A stretch of 64,000 bases of DNA. Source: Lama guanicoe. Its lineage: Eukaryota. The stretch's first letter is position 1. Each line of letters starts with the position of its first letter. Where the stretch lies: assembly GCA_013239625.1 (NCBI GenBank), contig MU053482.1, positions 4,849,775 through 4,913,774 of the forward strand, written 5' to 3'. Both the position numbers and the translations under genes were made by a program. The notes beneath the pieces are model-generated. The model saw only the letters and a program-made list of their open reading frames with translations, was not told the origin of the DNA and ran no database searches. Below, in pieces: positions 12,795 through 24,900 of this stretch.

Positions 12795-12880
12795 CCAGCT
12801 GAGCACAGTCAGCAGATGTGTGTGCAGTGGGTGTTCACCAGCTGAGGACAGTCAGCAGATGTGTGTGCAGTGGGTGTTCA
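12795..12880. repeat. 43-bp tandem duplication (2 copies, 1 mismatch)
   Basis: ccagctgag(c/g)acagtcagcagatgtgtgtgcagtgggtgttca x2. Confidence 0.95.
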
Positions 12881-13779
12881 GCATCTGGTGCCCCGCTGCT
12901 GACTGGGCCTGGGGGAGGTGAGGCTGTGTCCCCTTTTTCCCTCTGCTCTACAGGTGGTCCCTCCTGAAGTTACCTGCCCTGCTGGGATGCCTGTGTCAGA
13001 GAGTGAAGGACTGTTGGGGTCCAGGGTGCAGGCATAGGAGGTACCTTTGCAGAGGAGGGACTGGGGAGGCTCTTGTTAGCCCACCCTGGGGATTCACACC
13101 GAGTTTGACTTGGGGTTCCTATTTCACTGGCTGAGGACTCCAGCCTTCTGGGACACGAAGCTTCCCCCAGGTCATCCCAGGGTGTTTGTCCAGGCCACTC
13201 AACGTTGCTCATGGTGACCCGACTCCTTGGCAGTTATCGGAGCCCCTCTATGCTCCCGTGGCAGGCTCTGTGTCATGGCGCAGCCTGGGGGTCTGCCCCT
13301 TGGCCAGGTCTCCACATTGTGTATGTGGCATCAGCACTGGGTGCCACCTTCACTGCACAGTGTCCACACTCATCCATCACCCAGTCCTCGGCAGGGGTGC
13401 TTGTGGCATATTTTGGAGAGGGGGTATTTTTCACTTTTCGGCACCTTTAGGGAGGGGGTGATCATGTCATATAAGAACAGGAATGAGAAAGGAAAGTGAA
13501 TAACTGGAGCTCCACCCTGAATGCCATGACCTGACAAAGGGCTCTCTGGCCCATGCTGGGCTCAGTTTAGGTAACATGGTTTGGATGTGGAAATATTAGA
13601 ATTTTGGGGAAATCACAGCTATTGGGAAAATTGACACGGTAGGGCACTGTTTGTAAATGAGACTGCGCCTTCTCAGACCTTTGTAAATACTCTTGCTGCT
13701 GCCTCGGGTGGGTCCAGGGTGCACCTCACCAGATGCTGTGACTTGTGTCATCACGATTTATCAGGGACAGGAATTCCCA

Positions 13780-13985
13780 TTCATCAAGCACTTCCCACTG
13801 CCCAGGCATTGGGCTAGGAAGTCCACGTACACGGTCTCATTCAATCCTCACGTGGCTCCGTGGAGTAGATTTTGTTATTCTCATTTTACAGATTCAAAGT
13901 TTACAGATGAGAATACGGAAACTCAGAGAAGTTCAATAACTTGCCCAAATTTACACAATCAGTAAACAGAGATGGAATTTGACCT
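13780..13985 (-). mobile_element. MIR SINE
   Basis: tcattcaatcctcac...cattttacagat...gaaactcagagaagttcaataacttgccca. Confidence 0.7.
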
Positions 13986-14891
13986 GTTGATCTCAATGAC
14001 CCCCAGGCCTGTGTTGGTCTTACAGTCAGGTCCCTGCCTTCCCCTACCCCTGCCCCAAGGGATATGCACTTTCATCTTTTGGGAAAAGTTTTCGTTTCTG
14101 TAGCCACATGAGGAGCAGATTTGACTCTGCAAGACATCCTGTAGTTCATTGCCAGTGTCCCTCCAGGGTCGATACCCTAGTCCTAAGCACAGTGTTCTCT
14201 GCCTCCCAGCAGGGAGATAGACCAGTTAACACTTTAAGGGCAAGGCAGGGCCCCTCAGAGCCCTCAGCCTGTCAAGAAAAGGGGTAACCGATGGTGCAGA
14301 GCAAGTCTGAGAGTTATGCGAAGTACCCTTTTCTTTTATGGATTTGTTTGACCACTAACCTCAGGATTTCTGGACCACATTAGCTTAGCTTAGTCCATTA
14401 TAAAATCACTCTTGCTCACTTGCTCTTTTGCCCTTTATTGAAAGTTATCAAAAGAACCAGCCATATGAAATATGCTTCTATATTTGCTGCAGGACCATTA
14501 TTGAGTACATGGTTCATTACAACACAATGTTCTCTGTCAAAATTCCTATGTCAGACAGTTCTCTTAGAATTTAGTGCCAGGAAAACATTGCCGTCCCTAG
14601 GAATTTCTATGCTTCCTTCTTCCTGATAAGGAAAGCCCTGTAATATATCACATTTCCCTTTTGCCTTGGATGCCAGGAAGCTCAAAGCCAAATTCGATAC
14701 TTAATCACAACTCTGTTAACGTTCACAGATGGTTGATTTGGTTCCTCTTTATTCCCTTGGCCTGGATTTTCTATTTCTGTTTTGATTGGCCTCACGGCAA
14801 ACCCATTCCAAGTCCTTTGCAAAGAAGTAGTATGAATCCTTGCCTTTTCAAGGGGCAGGTTGCTACACTGTGCTCTTGTTCTTTCCCCCAG

Positions 14892-15149
14892 GACTACATC
14901 GACACAGAGATGCTGCTGTGTGCAGAGAACGTGAACCAGGACAACCTGCTTTCCTACGCACGTGAAGCAGCAGACTTTGCCACCAATTACCAGCTGCCAT
15001 CTTTAGACTTCGCCATGAACCATTATGGACACCCCGATGTGGCTATGTTCGACTTCACCTCTATGTACGCCTCTGAGAACGCGGCCCTGGTGCGCGAGCG
15101 ACAGTCGCACCAGTTGCTGGTGGCCCTGGTGGGCGACAGCTTGCTTGAG
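14892..15149 (+). CDS. MICAL2: MICAL2 coding exon (DYIDTEMLL...[12 protein letters not shown]), GD motif
   Basis: Acceptor tttcccccag, donor gtacta; 258 nt, phase 0-0; lies within ORF 14661..15212. Confidence 0.96.
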
Positions 15150-16309
15150 GTACTACCTGCGTTGGGAGCCCCTCATTCCTGTTGGAAGACAGATCCCCTA
15201 TTAATGTTTTGATAGCGTCTGCTGTCCTGCAGCCCCGGGGAGGGAAGGCTCTCAGCTAACTGGCAGGACTCTACTGAGCCTGTCCTGCCCTTTGACTCAT
15301 TTCAGAGGAGCCATTGGCTGCCTGTGTTCAGGCAGAAGAGCTTTCTCTTGCCCCTCTGGGTTCTTCTAGGCTGACTTCTCAGTTAAAGTGCAAAATTGAG
15401 CGGCCCTGGTCTGGACTTCATGGGTCATCCTTCCCCTGTCAATTCGCAGCTGGCCCGACACTTCTCCCTCATGTGGGTGGATCTCAGTGGCCTTTCAGCA
15501 CAGAGACTGTACAGGAGCAAGAAAGGAGTGTGGGCCCCAAAGTCTAGTTTGTGTCCATGGCCTGCCTGCTCAAAATTCTTCCCAGAAAATCTGCAGATGC
15601 TAGGATTCTTAGACCAAACGAGTGCTTTCAGAAGGGATACATTTTTACCTTAATGTAAGTGCTGACCAAAAAATGTTTATGTGCTTACCTCAAGTTAGCA
15701 TCAAATTTCAAACCATGCTCCGGCTGCCCTGGAACAGTTTGGTTAGAACTTAGCTTAGTGAATCAATCCCTTCTTACCCCTGTGTGTGGACTATAACCCA
15801 AACTCCTTGCTTAAGCTCTCGGCATCGCCTCTGCTCCTGTCCCATTCCTCCTTCCCAGCTTTCTCTCTTCTCCCGTGCTCTCTGCTGCACCCAAACCAGA
15901 CAGGCTGTTCTTCTGTCGGGCTCTGTCATTGTCCTACCACCAAGCCTTTGCCTACACTGTTCCTGATTGGATTGAGATCAGAATCCTGCCCATTATTTAA
16001 AATCAGCACGAATGCAACTCTTTTATGAAGCATTCCCTGATTTCTATCTCCCTTCCCCAGGGTGAGAATTCACCTCTGCCTTTTTGAGCCCCCAAAGCAG
16101 TTTTGTTGATCCTGTGTTACAGCACCCTTGCAGAGGACTTTGTGTTCCAGCTACTTGTATTTGTGGTGAATCCTAGTTGACTGCCCTGTCACCTCTCTGT
16201 CCCCCCAGTGCCTCACATGGGCCTGGCAATCACTAAATACTGGGTAGAATGGGATGGCAGGCTGGGAATCACTGGAATCAGCTGTAACTTTGCACATTTC
16301 CTTTTGCAG

Positions 16310-16425
16310 CCGTTCTGGCCCATGGGCACAGGCTGTGCCCGTGGCTTCTTGGCAGCTTTTGACACAGCATGGATGGTGAAAAGCTGGGACCAGGGCACTC
16401 CTCCCCTGGAGCTGCTGGCTGAAAG
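16310..16425 (+). CDS. MICAL2: MICAL2 coding exon ([39 protein letters not shown])
   Basis: Acceptor ccttttgcag, donor gtgggt; 116 nt, phase 0-2. Confidence 0.96.
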
Positions 16426-17273
16426 GTGGGTATTGGGAGCAGCACCCCCGGCTAGGCACCGGGCTGGGTCAAAACTCAGGCAGGAGAGGGAGCGAGGCTG
16501 GAGGAACCTGGAGCCTCTGTCCCCTTCCCCTCTCATCTGCCTTGCCATCTGTGGCCTAATTTGATCATTAGGGTCCCCAGGGAAACTTTCTCCACCATGA
16601 TCTACGTCCTTCAGTGACTTTCCCTGGGTGCCAGTCCCTTAAACCCTGGATGCTAAAGAGAAATCTTTATCCAGGGCAGCCCTGAAGCTGGGGTTCTTGG
16701 CACTGCTGAGACACCAAAATGCCAGAGGAGGTTTAGGGGAACCATCCATTGCAGCGCTGAGTCCCACCCTGTTGGGAACTGGGTGCTCTGACTTCCCAGG
16801 CCTCTTCTGCTGCTGAGATCCTGGGCTTCTTCCCAGACCCCTGCTGCTGGCCACGTGGCTGTGACAGCTGGTGGATCAGGAGAAATCAGGGCTGGTGGGT
16901 GGGGACAGGCCGCTGCTGGTCTTGGGTGTGGAGACCTGTGGGCATGGGGGACCAGCCACAGGAGGGAGCGTGGCTGAGTGGTGGTTCTTGCAAAACCACA
17001 GGTCACTGGGCTGTCAGCTCTGAGTCCCTGCCCTCTGCCCAGGGGAGGAGGCCAGCATCACTGCCTCCCAGGCCCCCTCCTGCTCCCTCTCGGCCCTATT
17101 AACCCTCCCTCACTTCGCAGATCTCAAGAACCAGGAGGGCCAGGGTTGGGTCGGGTTCCTGCTGGGAAGGGTTATGCAAACACAGCTAAGAAGCGCTGGA
17201 AAGCAGGGGGAGGGAGGTGGAGGGCCCCAGGCTGCAAGAGCAATCCTTGACCCTGGGCTCTGCCTCTCTCCAG

Positions 17274-17400
17274 GGAGAGTCTTTACCGGCTGTTACCTCA
17301 GACGACCCCAGAGAACATCAACAAGAACTTTGAGCAGTACACGTTGGATCCGGGGACGCGGTACCCAAACCTCAACTCCAACTGTGTCAGGCCCCATCAG
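17274..17400 (+). CDS. MICAL2: MICAL2 coding exon ([42 protein letters not shown]), end of monooxygenase domain
   Basis: Acceptor ctctctccag, donor gtaaag; 127 nt, phase 2-0. Confidence 0.96.
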
Positions 17401-18053
17401 GTAAAGCCTTTCCTGGAGTTCTGTCTGGGTCACTGTGTACTGGGTGGTGGGAAAGGGGGAGGCCACCTAAAATCTTGGCACATCCATAGGACCGAGGCCA
17501 CTAATGCCTCTTGGCCCAAAGGTGAAACCAGTTCCTCTCTCTAGGAAGGCCGCAGAGTACAGCAGAGCCAGCATCTCTCTGGCCCACAGGAGAAAGCTAG
17601 AACACGTGCAAGTGTCTGCCCAGATACATACATGTATTTACATATGGTTATTTGTCACCAAGCATGTGGGTTGCTGAGCATCCCTCTCTCAAATAATCTA
17701 CTTGATCAAATATCTAGTCCCTTCTGTCCAAAGTCCTAGAGTCTGTTTTTTCTCACATTGTCTTAGAGCCATACAACCTCCAAACTCTTCGGTCAATAAC
17801 ACAAAGAATGGTGTGAATTTTAAAAACAGCAAATTAACTATACTTACACTTGAGTTACCCCACATTTGGGTGGTTAACTGAGATCCGTAGCTCTGTCTTA
17901 AGTGGTCTGGCTTCCCTTGCTGAAGGTCATGCCCTCTAGCGAGAGAGGAAGAGAGTGGCCAAGTTGATGAGAGGGTCGAATGGGTTCAGAGACCCTGCAA
18001 CTAGGATTTGGGGACAGACTGACGGGCAGCTGTGTGGTCTCTCTCACTCCTAG

Positions 18054-18144
18054 GTGAAGCACTTGTACATCACTAAGGAGCTGCTCCAGGGTCCTCTTGA
18101 GAGGCTGGGCTCAGTCAGGAGATCCGTCGGCCTCTCCAGGCGGG
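18054..18144 (+). CDS. MICAL2: MICAL2 coding exon ([30 protein letters not shown]), MO-CH linker
   Basis: Acceptor cactcctag, donor gtaagt; 91 nt, phase 0-1. Confidence 0.94.
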
Positions 18145-18224
18145 GTAAGTGGCCCTCCTGGGGCCCCAGCTTTGCAGGGAGGAGGCCTGCTGGGTGGCTG
18201 GCAGGGCACAGGCCCTGCAGCCAA

Positions 18225-18365
18225 CCTGGCTCTACTCCGGTGACCTGTGTGACGTTAGCCAGGTGCTTCTCTCTGTAATTCAGTTTCCTCATCTGTAAAA
18301 CCGGGACAAGGACAATATCAACCGTAAGATCATTGTGTGGATTAAAGGCGAGTGCTTGGCACATA
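18225..18365 (+). mobile_element. MIR SINE
   Basis: ctgtgtgac...tcagtttcctcatctgtaaaa. Confidence 0.75.
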
Positions 18366-19245
18366 AAGTGAACTGGAATGACTTCCCCGGAACTTGCTTT
18401 TCTTTTCCTGTTGTTTCTAGTATGGGGGTCTTGCCTCCCCAGCTAGGTAACAAGCTCCATGTGCTTCCCTCTTTTCCTGATCTTCCAGGGCCTGGTGCAG
18501 GGCCAGACACGGGGCTGGTGCTCAGTGGTGGAGGGAAGAGACAATTAAATGACTAATTTCGCAGCATCCATCCAGCTGCACTCAAGTCACCATACTGCTT
18601 AAAGATGTCTCTGGCTTCCAGTGCCTGCCCAGACCTTGTGTCTTGCCTAACGCTGGACAAACTCAGCCTCACCAGCCACTCTGCCCTTCCCTTCACACCC
18701 ATGTGCCCCGCTGCTGCCAGCCCTGTAATAAACCACGTCACATAAAACGGCAGGTTTTTCTAGATTTTTTTTCCACGGCACAGTCCTTTCTGGCTGATGA
18801 GTTCCTAGACACTCTTCTAGAAGCAGCTCGATGTACCTCCTCCATGACTCTTTCCTGGGCAAGTTCCCTTGCCCTGGCAAACCCACTCATGTGCTCCCCC
18901 AGCACCCAGTTTCTCCATCGTCATCCACTTCCACATCTGTCTTCCCCATAGGATAAGCATGCTGTTGGCAGAGACCACGTCATCCTCACCTCTATGTTCC
19001 TAGCCTCTACTGGGACCTGGCCTGAGGGGGCCATAGAGCCTCTTTACTGCAGGAGAGCGTGCTTCCTGTCCCAGCACCCTGCCCTCCTGCCATGTTCTCG
19101 TCAGGGCAGGGGCTGCAGCTGTGCCCACGGCCCCTCCCCTCAGTGCTGTTCCTTTTGGTCCCCACTCATGGTGGCCATCAGGGGGGTCCCCAGCGGGAGC
19201 TGCTGAGATTTCCCTGGATTGCTTCACCATTGTCTCCTGCTGCAG

Positions 19246-19393
19246 AGTCAGACATCCGGCCCAGCAAGCTCTTAACCTGGTGCCAGCAGCAGACCGAGGG
19301 CTACCAGCACGTCAACGTCACCGACCTGACCACATCCTGGAGGAGTGGCCTGGCCTTGTGTGCCATCATCCACCGCTTTCGGCCCGAACTGAT
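19246..19393 (+). CDS. MICAL2: MICAL2 coding exon, calponin homology domain part 1 ([20 protein letters not shown]...[19 protein letters not shown])
   Basis: Acceptor cctgctgcag, donor gtgagt; 148 nt, phase 1-2; type-2 CH signature. Confidence 0.96.
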
Positions 19394-19769
19394 GTGAGTC
19401 TGAGGCCCAGCCAGACCTGCTGAGCCCCTCACGGTCCAAGGGGACCCTGGAGACAAAGGAGACCGGGGCAGTTCTAGATGTAGGGCCTGCAGGACTTGGT
19501 TCAGTATTTCTCTTTGCATAATTCCAATTTGAGTTTTTTCTTCAGCTGTTTTCCCTTTGCACTGATTACTCTGCCAGCAACTTGTTTGATCTGTGTTCCT
19601 TACGTGAGGCGCAGAAGTGGCTCAGGCCCAGCAACTGACTGCACTCATTTCCCGCAGACTGCCTTCATACCACACTTGGAAAATTTGAGCGTTCACACCC
19701 TGGAGCTCTACCCTTCAGAGAGGACTTAAGGTCAAGACCTAATTCTGGGGACCAGTTTGAGGATTTTAC

Positions 19770-19930
19770 AGCTAAAAGAGTTAGATTTGAGCCCCAGATC
19801 CATTAGCTGTGTACCACTGGGCAAGCCACTTATCCTCTCTGTGTTTGCTTCTTCATCTATAAATTGAGAATAGCAGCAGGGTCACTAGGAAGTTTGGATT
19901 ATGTTTGTGGAAACAGATTGTGATGTTGAA
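19770..19930 (+). mobile_element. MIR SINE
   Basis: tagctgtgtaccactgggcaagccactt...tcatctataaattgagaata. Confidence 0.65.
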
Positions 19931-20453
19931 AGCACACGACATCTATGTTACGTTTAAATGAACTTCAGTGTAACCTCATACCCATGAGCAAATTCTTCCA
20001 GAAGGCTGAATAGAAACCTAGTAAAGGTTATCAGTTGGTACCTTCAGGGAGTGAGACTGCCTTGAGATGGGGAGGGGGCTCTCGCTCGTTGCTTTGTATG
20101 TTACCTATAACTTGATTCTTTTACTTACAAGAAGTCCATGTTACTTTTGCAATTAAAAGGGAAAGAACATAAGGGAACTCTTTAAAAATAAAGTAGTTCA
20201 TAAGTTTTCCAATCATTTTCTGATTTGGTCCCACCCTGCATGAGGACAGGGTCAGCATCTTCTGGACGAGCCCCCGAGGGCTGGTGGTGGTCGGGGAAGG
20301 ATTGGAGCAGGGGCTGGGGTCACCGCTCCTTGCCCCTCCCCGCACCACAACCCCTGACAGTATGAGCTGCAGTCCTCCTTTATGGCTAAATTTGCTCAGC
20401 TCTTCACACCTCTGTGTCCTCTCCCTGAACTTCACCTTGCTTTGATTCCCCAG

Positions 20454-20653
20454 CAACTTTGACTCTTTGAATGAAGATGATGCTGTGGAGAACAACCAGC
20501 TGGCCTTTGACGTGGCCGAGCGTGAGTTTGGCATCCCCCCAGTGACCACGGGCAAAGAGATGGCGTTGGCCCAGGAGCCCGACAAGCTCAGTATGGTCAT
20601 GTACCTCTCCAAGTTCTATGAGCTCTTCCGGGGCGCCCCGCTGAGACCTGTGG
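20454..20653 (+). CDS. MICAL2: MICAL2 coding exon, CH domain part 2 ([28 protein letters not shown]...[25 protein letters not shown])
   Basis: Acceptor attccccag, donor gtaagg; 200 nt, phase 2-1. Confidence 0.96.
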
Positions 20654-21043
20654 GTAAGGACCTGCTTTGGGACGAGGCTTTGCCAATTCTTGAACCATCT
20701 CTGCCCCAAGCTTGTGACTGCTTGCTTTTCACACTGTTGTCCTCTGTTCTGGGGCTGACCCATGCCCTCCCTTTGACCTTGAAGCTAAAGAGAGGTGGAC
20801 CCCACCCACTCAGACCTATGTGTATAAGTGGGTCTATGTGGCAGGTGCCACCTGGGGCTGGTCTACATCTGCACTTGTCACTGGAAGGTCACTGACAGAG
20901 TGGCGTCAGCCCCCTACACAGTTCACTTACAGCCTTAGTTGGGGGTGAAGGGATTATTTTGCAGGAACCCTGTCTCAGTGACACCCCTTGAGCCCTGGGG
21001 GAGCAGTGGCAGGATCCAAATCTCATCTTTTATTTCCTAACAG

Positions 21044-21150
21044 ATTCTTGGCGCAAAATCTATGGAGAAAATGCCGACCTCAGCTTGTCCAAGTCATCCA
21101 TTTCTCATAACTATCTCAACCTCACGTTTCCAAGGAAGAGGACTCCACGA
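21044..21150 (+). CDS. MICAL2: MICAL2 coding exon ([36 protein letters not shown]), first basic cluster of NLS-like region
   Basis: Acceptor ttcctaacag, donor gtaagt; 107 nt, phase 1-0. Confidence 0.94.
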
Positions 21151-21499
21151 GTAAGTTTCGGCCTGTGTTTTGTTTAAGCTCTCCTTGCTCGTGGGCGGAG
21201 TGAGGGGAAGGGAATTGCTGTGTTCTGGGTTTGTTTGTTCATGCTGATGAATTACACAGATCAGGCGCTCATGGAAGACATGAGTAGAACTCAGTCAAGT
21301 TCCCCCCATACCACGTAGCCAGCTTCAAAGTCTTAAACGTGGTTATGGGGAGGGCATGGTGGAGAGCCAGGGGGACATGCTGGTGAGTATGTCTGAAAGT
21401 AAATCAGATTAGCTTTGCCTCCTAAGCACTTTGTTAGGCAGTTTAGATCAGGAACACGATGGCCATTTAGTGGCAGGGGTGAACAGTTAGGCTACATTC

Positions 21500-21670
21500 A
21501 CACATTCTATTCCATTCATTTTTTAAAATTCATTCATTCAACAAATGTTTATTGGGCCCTACTTATGCCAACTTTAGGGCTGAATGCTTTGTTTGTTTTT
21601 GGTAAGCAGAGCAAATACCCAGAGGTGAGTAATACAGGGTCCTTGTCTCTGAGGAGTTCAGAGCCTAATG
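21500..21670 (-). mobile_element. L2 LINE 3' fragment
   Basis: ttcattcattcaacaaatgtttattgggccctacttatgcca. Confidence 0.7.
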
Positions 21671-21672
21671 AA

Positions 21673-21927
21673 GATGTTCCCAAACTTTCCTGACTTACGG
21701 CACCTTTGGTGTCTTAGTAATTTTTTTCACACTGCCCCCAGGTCAAAAAAAATACTTAAAAGTTTTGTTTGTTAAGTAGTTAAGTCCCCCAAACTTGGTA
21801 GGGGTGTTTTGCAAAATGTTGTGACAGACATGACCATGTTTCCCTAGAAAATTTAAAATACATCACAGCTCTTCTGTGAATTCACAATGGTGCCACAGGG
21901 TACCTTGGTACACAGTTTGGAAACTCC
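21673..21927. mobile_element. hAT-like non-autonomous DNA element (family not assigned)
   Basis: Imperfect terminal inverted repeats gttcccaaact / agtttggaaac. Confidence 0.5.
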
Positions 21928-24900
21928 AGGCCTAGTGAGAAATTATAGTTTTATATGAATGATGGCCTCTCTATGGAAGGTATGAGTTACCTTGCTTGAT
22001 GTGCTCCCTTTACAGGTAAAAAGTGGAGGCCCAGAGATGTTAGGCTGCAGGGACCCACCCGGAGCTTGCCTTCCCTCCCCTCATTTGGCAGAGCGCTGCA
22101 GGCCTCTTCATGCGTCTGTGTCTCTGGGTTGCCGACAGGCTCTTAACCGCTGGCCAGTCAAGCCTTGTCCTGAGGGCCTCTCCACTCAGGGTGGGGCTGG
22201 GGCGGTGTGACCTCCTTTCTTTTCTGGGGCTGTGTGATCACTGGTCATTTTTCCCACTGAGGGTTGCGCTCCCTGGAAAGTTGAAGCAGTTGTGCTAACC
22301 CCAGGAGCCGGGTGCTTAGTGCTCTGTCACGCCCTGTCTATGGGAAAGGATGGGCTGGTGGGGCCGGGGCTGGGGCGGGAAGGTGTGTGGGTCTGCTCGG
22401 GTGTGAGCAGAGCAGCTGAACAGCTGAGCTGCTCCCCACTGCTCTGCACCCCGCTGCTGCCCGAGCTGCCCCACTCAGAGGCTCTGCAGGAGGGACTGGG
22501 ATCCATCAAAGGTCACACTGAGCGAAAGCCATCTTCTGGGGCCTAGTCATTGGCTTGCTCCACCCCAGCCAAGCTGCTTTTCCTCTGAGGACTTAGGACC
22601 CCACTTCGGGCTACTCCATCCCAGGCAAGCCAGTACAGCCTTTCTGGAAGCTCTTTGAGCCAAACATTTACTTTTCTCCATTCACTCGGTTTCTCCCACC
22701 ACTTAGCCCACAACTGGGAACTGGAGAGGAATGTCTAAACCTTTCACTCACCACACCTCTGTTTACAGAGTGACCGAATTCAAACAGCCTGGCCAACTCT
22801 GGCTCAAGAGGTGGGAATGGTCAAAAGGCAGCTGTCAGCCAGGCCCTCCAGGCCTCTTGAGGGCTGCCAGGTCCTTGCTCCACTTCACCCTGGCTCAGCT
22901 AGGAAATGCCATGGGGGCGGTGGGCTCTGCCCACCCTGCCTGGGCCCCAGTCCAGTCTCCTCCAAGGGTGTACTCCTTGGCTGCCCACCTTGAGAAGAGT
23001 TAAAACCCATGGGTCTGATTCTCACCATGGCCCTAATTAATGTCTAAAATTTGGCCTGCTCCTCAGATGGGTAGAGAGGGTAGGTTATTGAAGTGAGTGC
23101 CTGGTGTGGGTGTTGGTTGTCCCACTCTTTCTCCTCAAACTGACAAATGCTTCCTCTAGGTGGATTGGTGGGTCACATTCCGCTCTGGTTCTAAAACACC
23201 CCAGCATACTGTGCACCACTGAATGCCAGTGCAATGATCAGACCACATGCAAAGTACCTTCTCCCCCTCTCTGCCGTGTGTCTTCTTGTATCTGGATCTT
23301 TTCTTGGTTTGGGGAATCTATTTGCAGTGCTCTTTGGTCTTAACATGTTTCACAAGCAAAGGGTACTGAGTCCACTCCAGTTTGCCCCTGGACACACAGG
23401 AGGATGTCTGCACAGGAGATTGAAAACTGCACACACACGAGCCTTCACCATGGTTCCACCCAGAAGTTGTCAGTGCAATTAGACCCCCCACCCTCACTGT
23501 CTGAGCTCATGTGCACCTACGGACTAGAGACGCAGGCTAAGTGGTGCTTGAGTGATTTTCTACCCCAGAGTGCACATAGGATCTGTGCATATAGGTGCAT
23601 CTGTGTTCGACCTTGCCCCTCCCCACAGCCCTTCCTCCCCCCTCACTACAAGAGCTTCAGAGGAGCATCTTGATCGGGGGGTTGAGGGGCCAAGTTTGTT
23701 CACAATGTGACTTCTTAATCTGAAGGGGGCTTATTGTTTCTCTGATGGGCCAGTCTTAAAAATTTCTTTCCCTTCTGGTTTTTGATATTGGTGTTAAATT
23801 CTTTCCTCCCTAATCTGATTTTCCTGATAACATCCACATTCCAGTGAAAGATAGCAACTTAGGGCAAATTGAAGACTTTTTCTTCATCTAGGAATTTGTC
23901 TGCTTTTAGAAAGAGTGACTTTCCCATCCCACGCCAAGAGAGTTGTGCCTCTGGTGAGTGGTAACCTGCTGGGGTGGGTTAGCTCTGAAGACTGGATGGC
24001 CCACGCCTAGGGAGAAGGGGAGGAGCCTGGGGATCCTGTTTTCCTCTTTAAAAAGCCCTGGGTCTGCTTCTGCAGATCTGCCTCTGTCCTGGTCAGCATC
24101 TAGAAGCCTCGTGGCCTGGGGGAGTTCCTGGCGACTCCAGAGTCCTTGTCACCATGCACGTGGATGACATCTGAACATGCATATTGTGGTCTCTGTCCTC
24201 CTGTGTGTGCGTGTGGGTGTGTGTACACACACACACACTCTGTCTGTGCTCTTCTGTACTCACCACATGAAGTTAATGCCTGGATTTATGGCCACTTCAG
24301 TCACTATACACATTACATTACATGTGTACTCAGGGTACCTGATGTTTGTTTTCCCCATTCTGAGCCCATTTCTTGAGGGACAACACAACACAAGTTGTTA
24401 TTTGTTCCTGGAAAGCCCATCCTAGAAGCCAGATTGGTGGCCCCAGGGTTTATCCTGCTCAGCAGGCTGGTTCTGCCCCAGGTCCTCCTCCAGCCCTGGT
24501 CGCTGGGAAAGTGGGGTTAACATAGCATGACTTGGGTCAGAGTCTAGTCTGAGCTGAAGGGTCCCCCTCCCAGCTTTCTTCTCCTTGACCCTCCTGAACA
24601 AACACTTTCCAAAGTTCCCATGGCCGTTATGTAAGAAAATGCCTCTTCCATTCCCCCATTCATTCAGCATGGATTTACTGAGTCCCCATTTTATGGCAAG
24701 TTCTCTTCTCAGTGCTGGGCGCACAGCAATGAACAAGACGGCCAAGGACCCTGCCCAAGGGAGCTTCTGGTGTGACTTCCCAAGTTCCTCTCACTCCCGG
24801 TCTCCACCTGTCCTCACAGAACCACCCATCCAGTAGCCAAAGTTTCCACTAGGGTTCTAGTACTTCTCACTTTAGAGATTTGAAGGCTGAGGGAGTCAGG

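Noticed and set aside
12795..12880. Direct repeats as a possible CRISPR-like array
   Set aside because: Only two adjacent copies with no spacers, in a mammalian intron.
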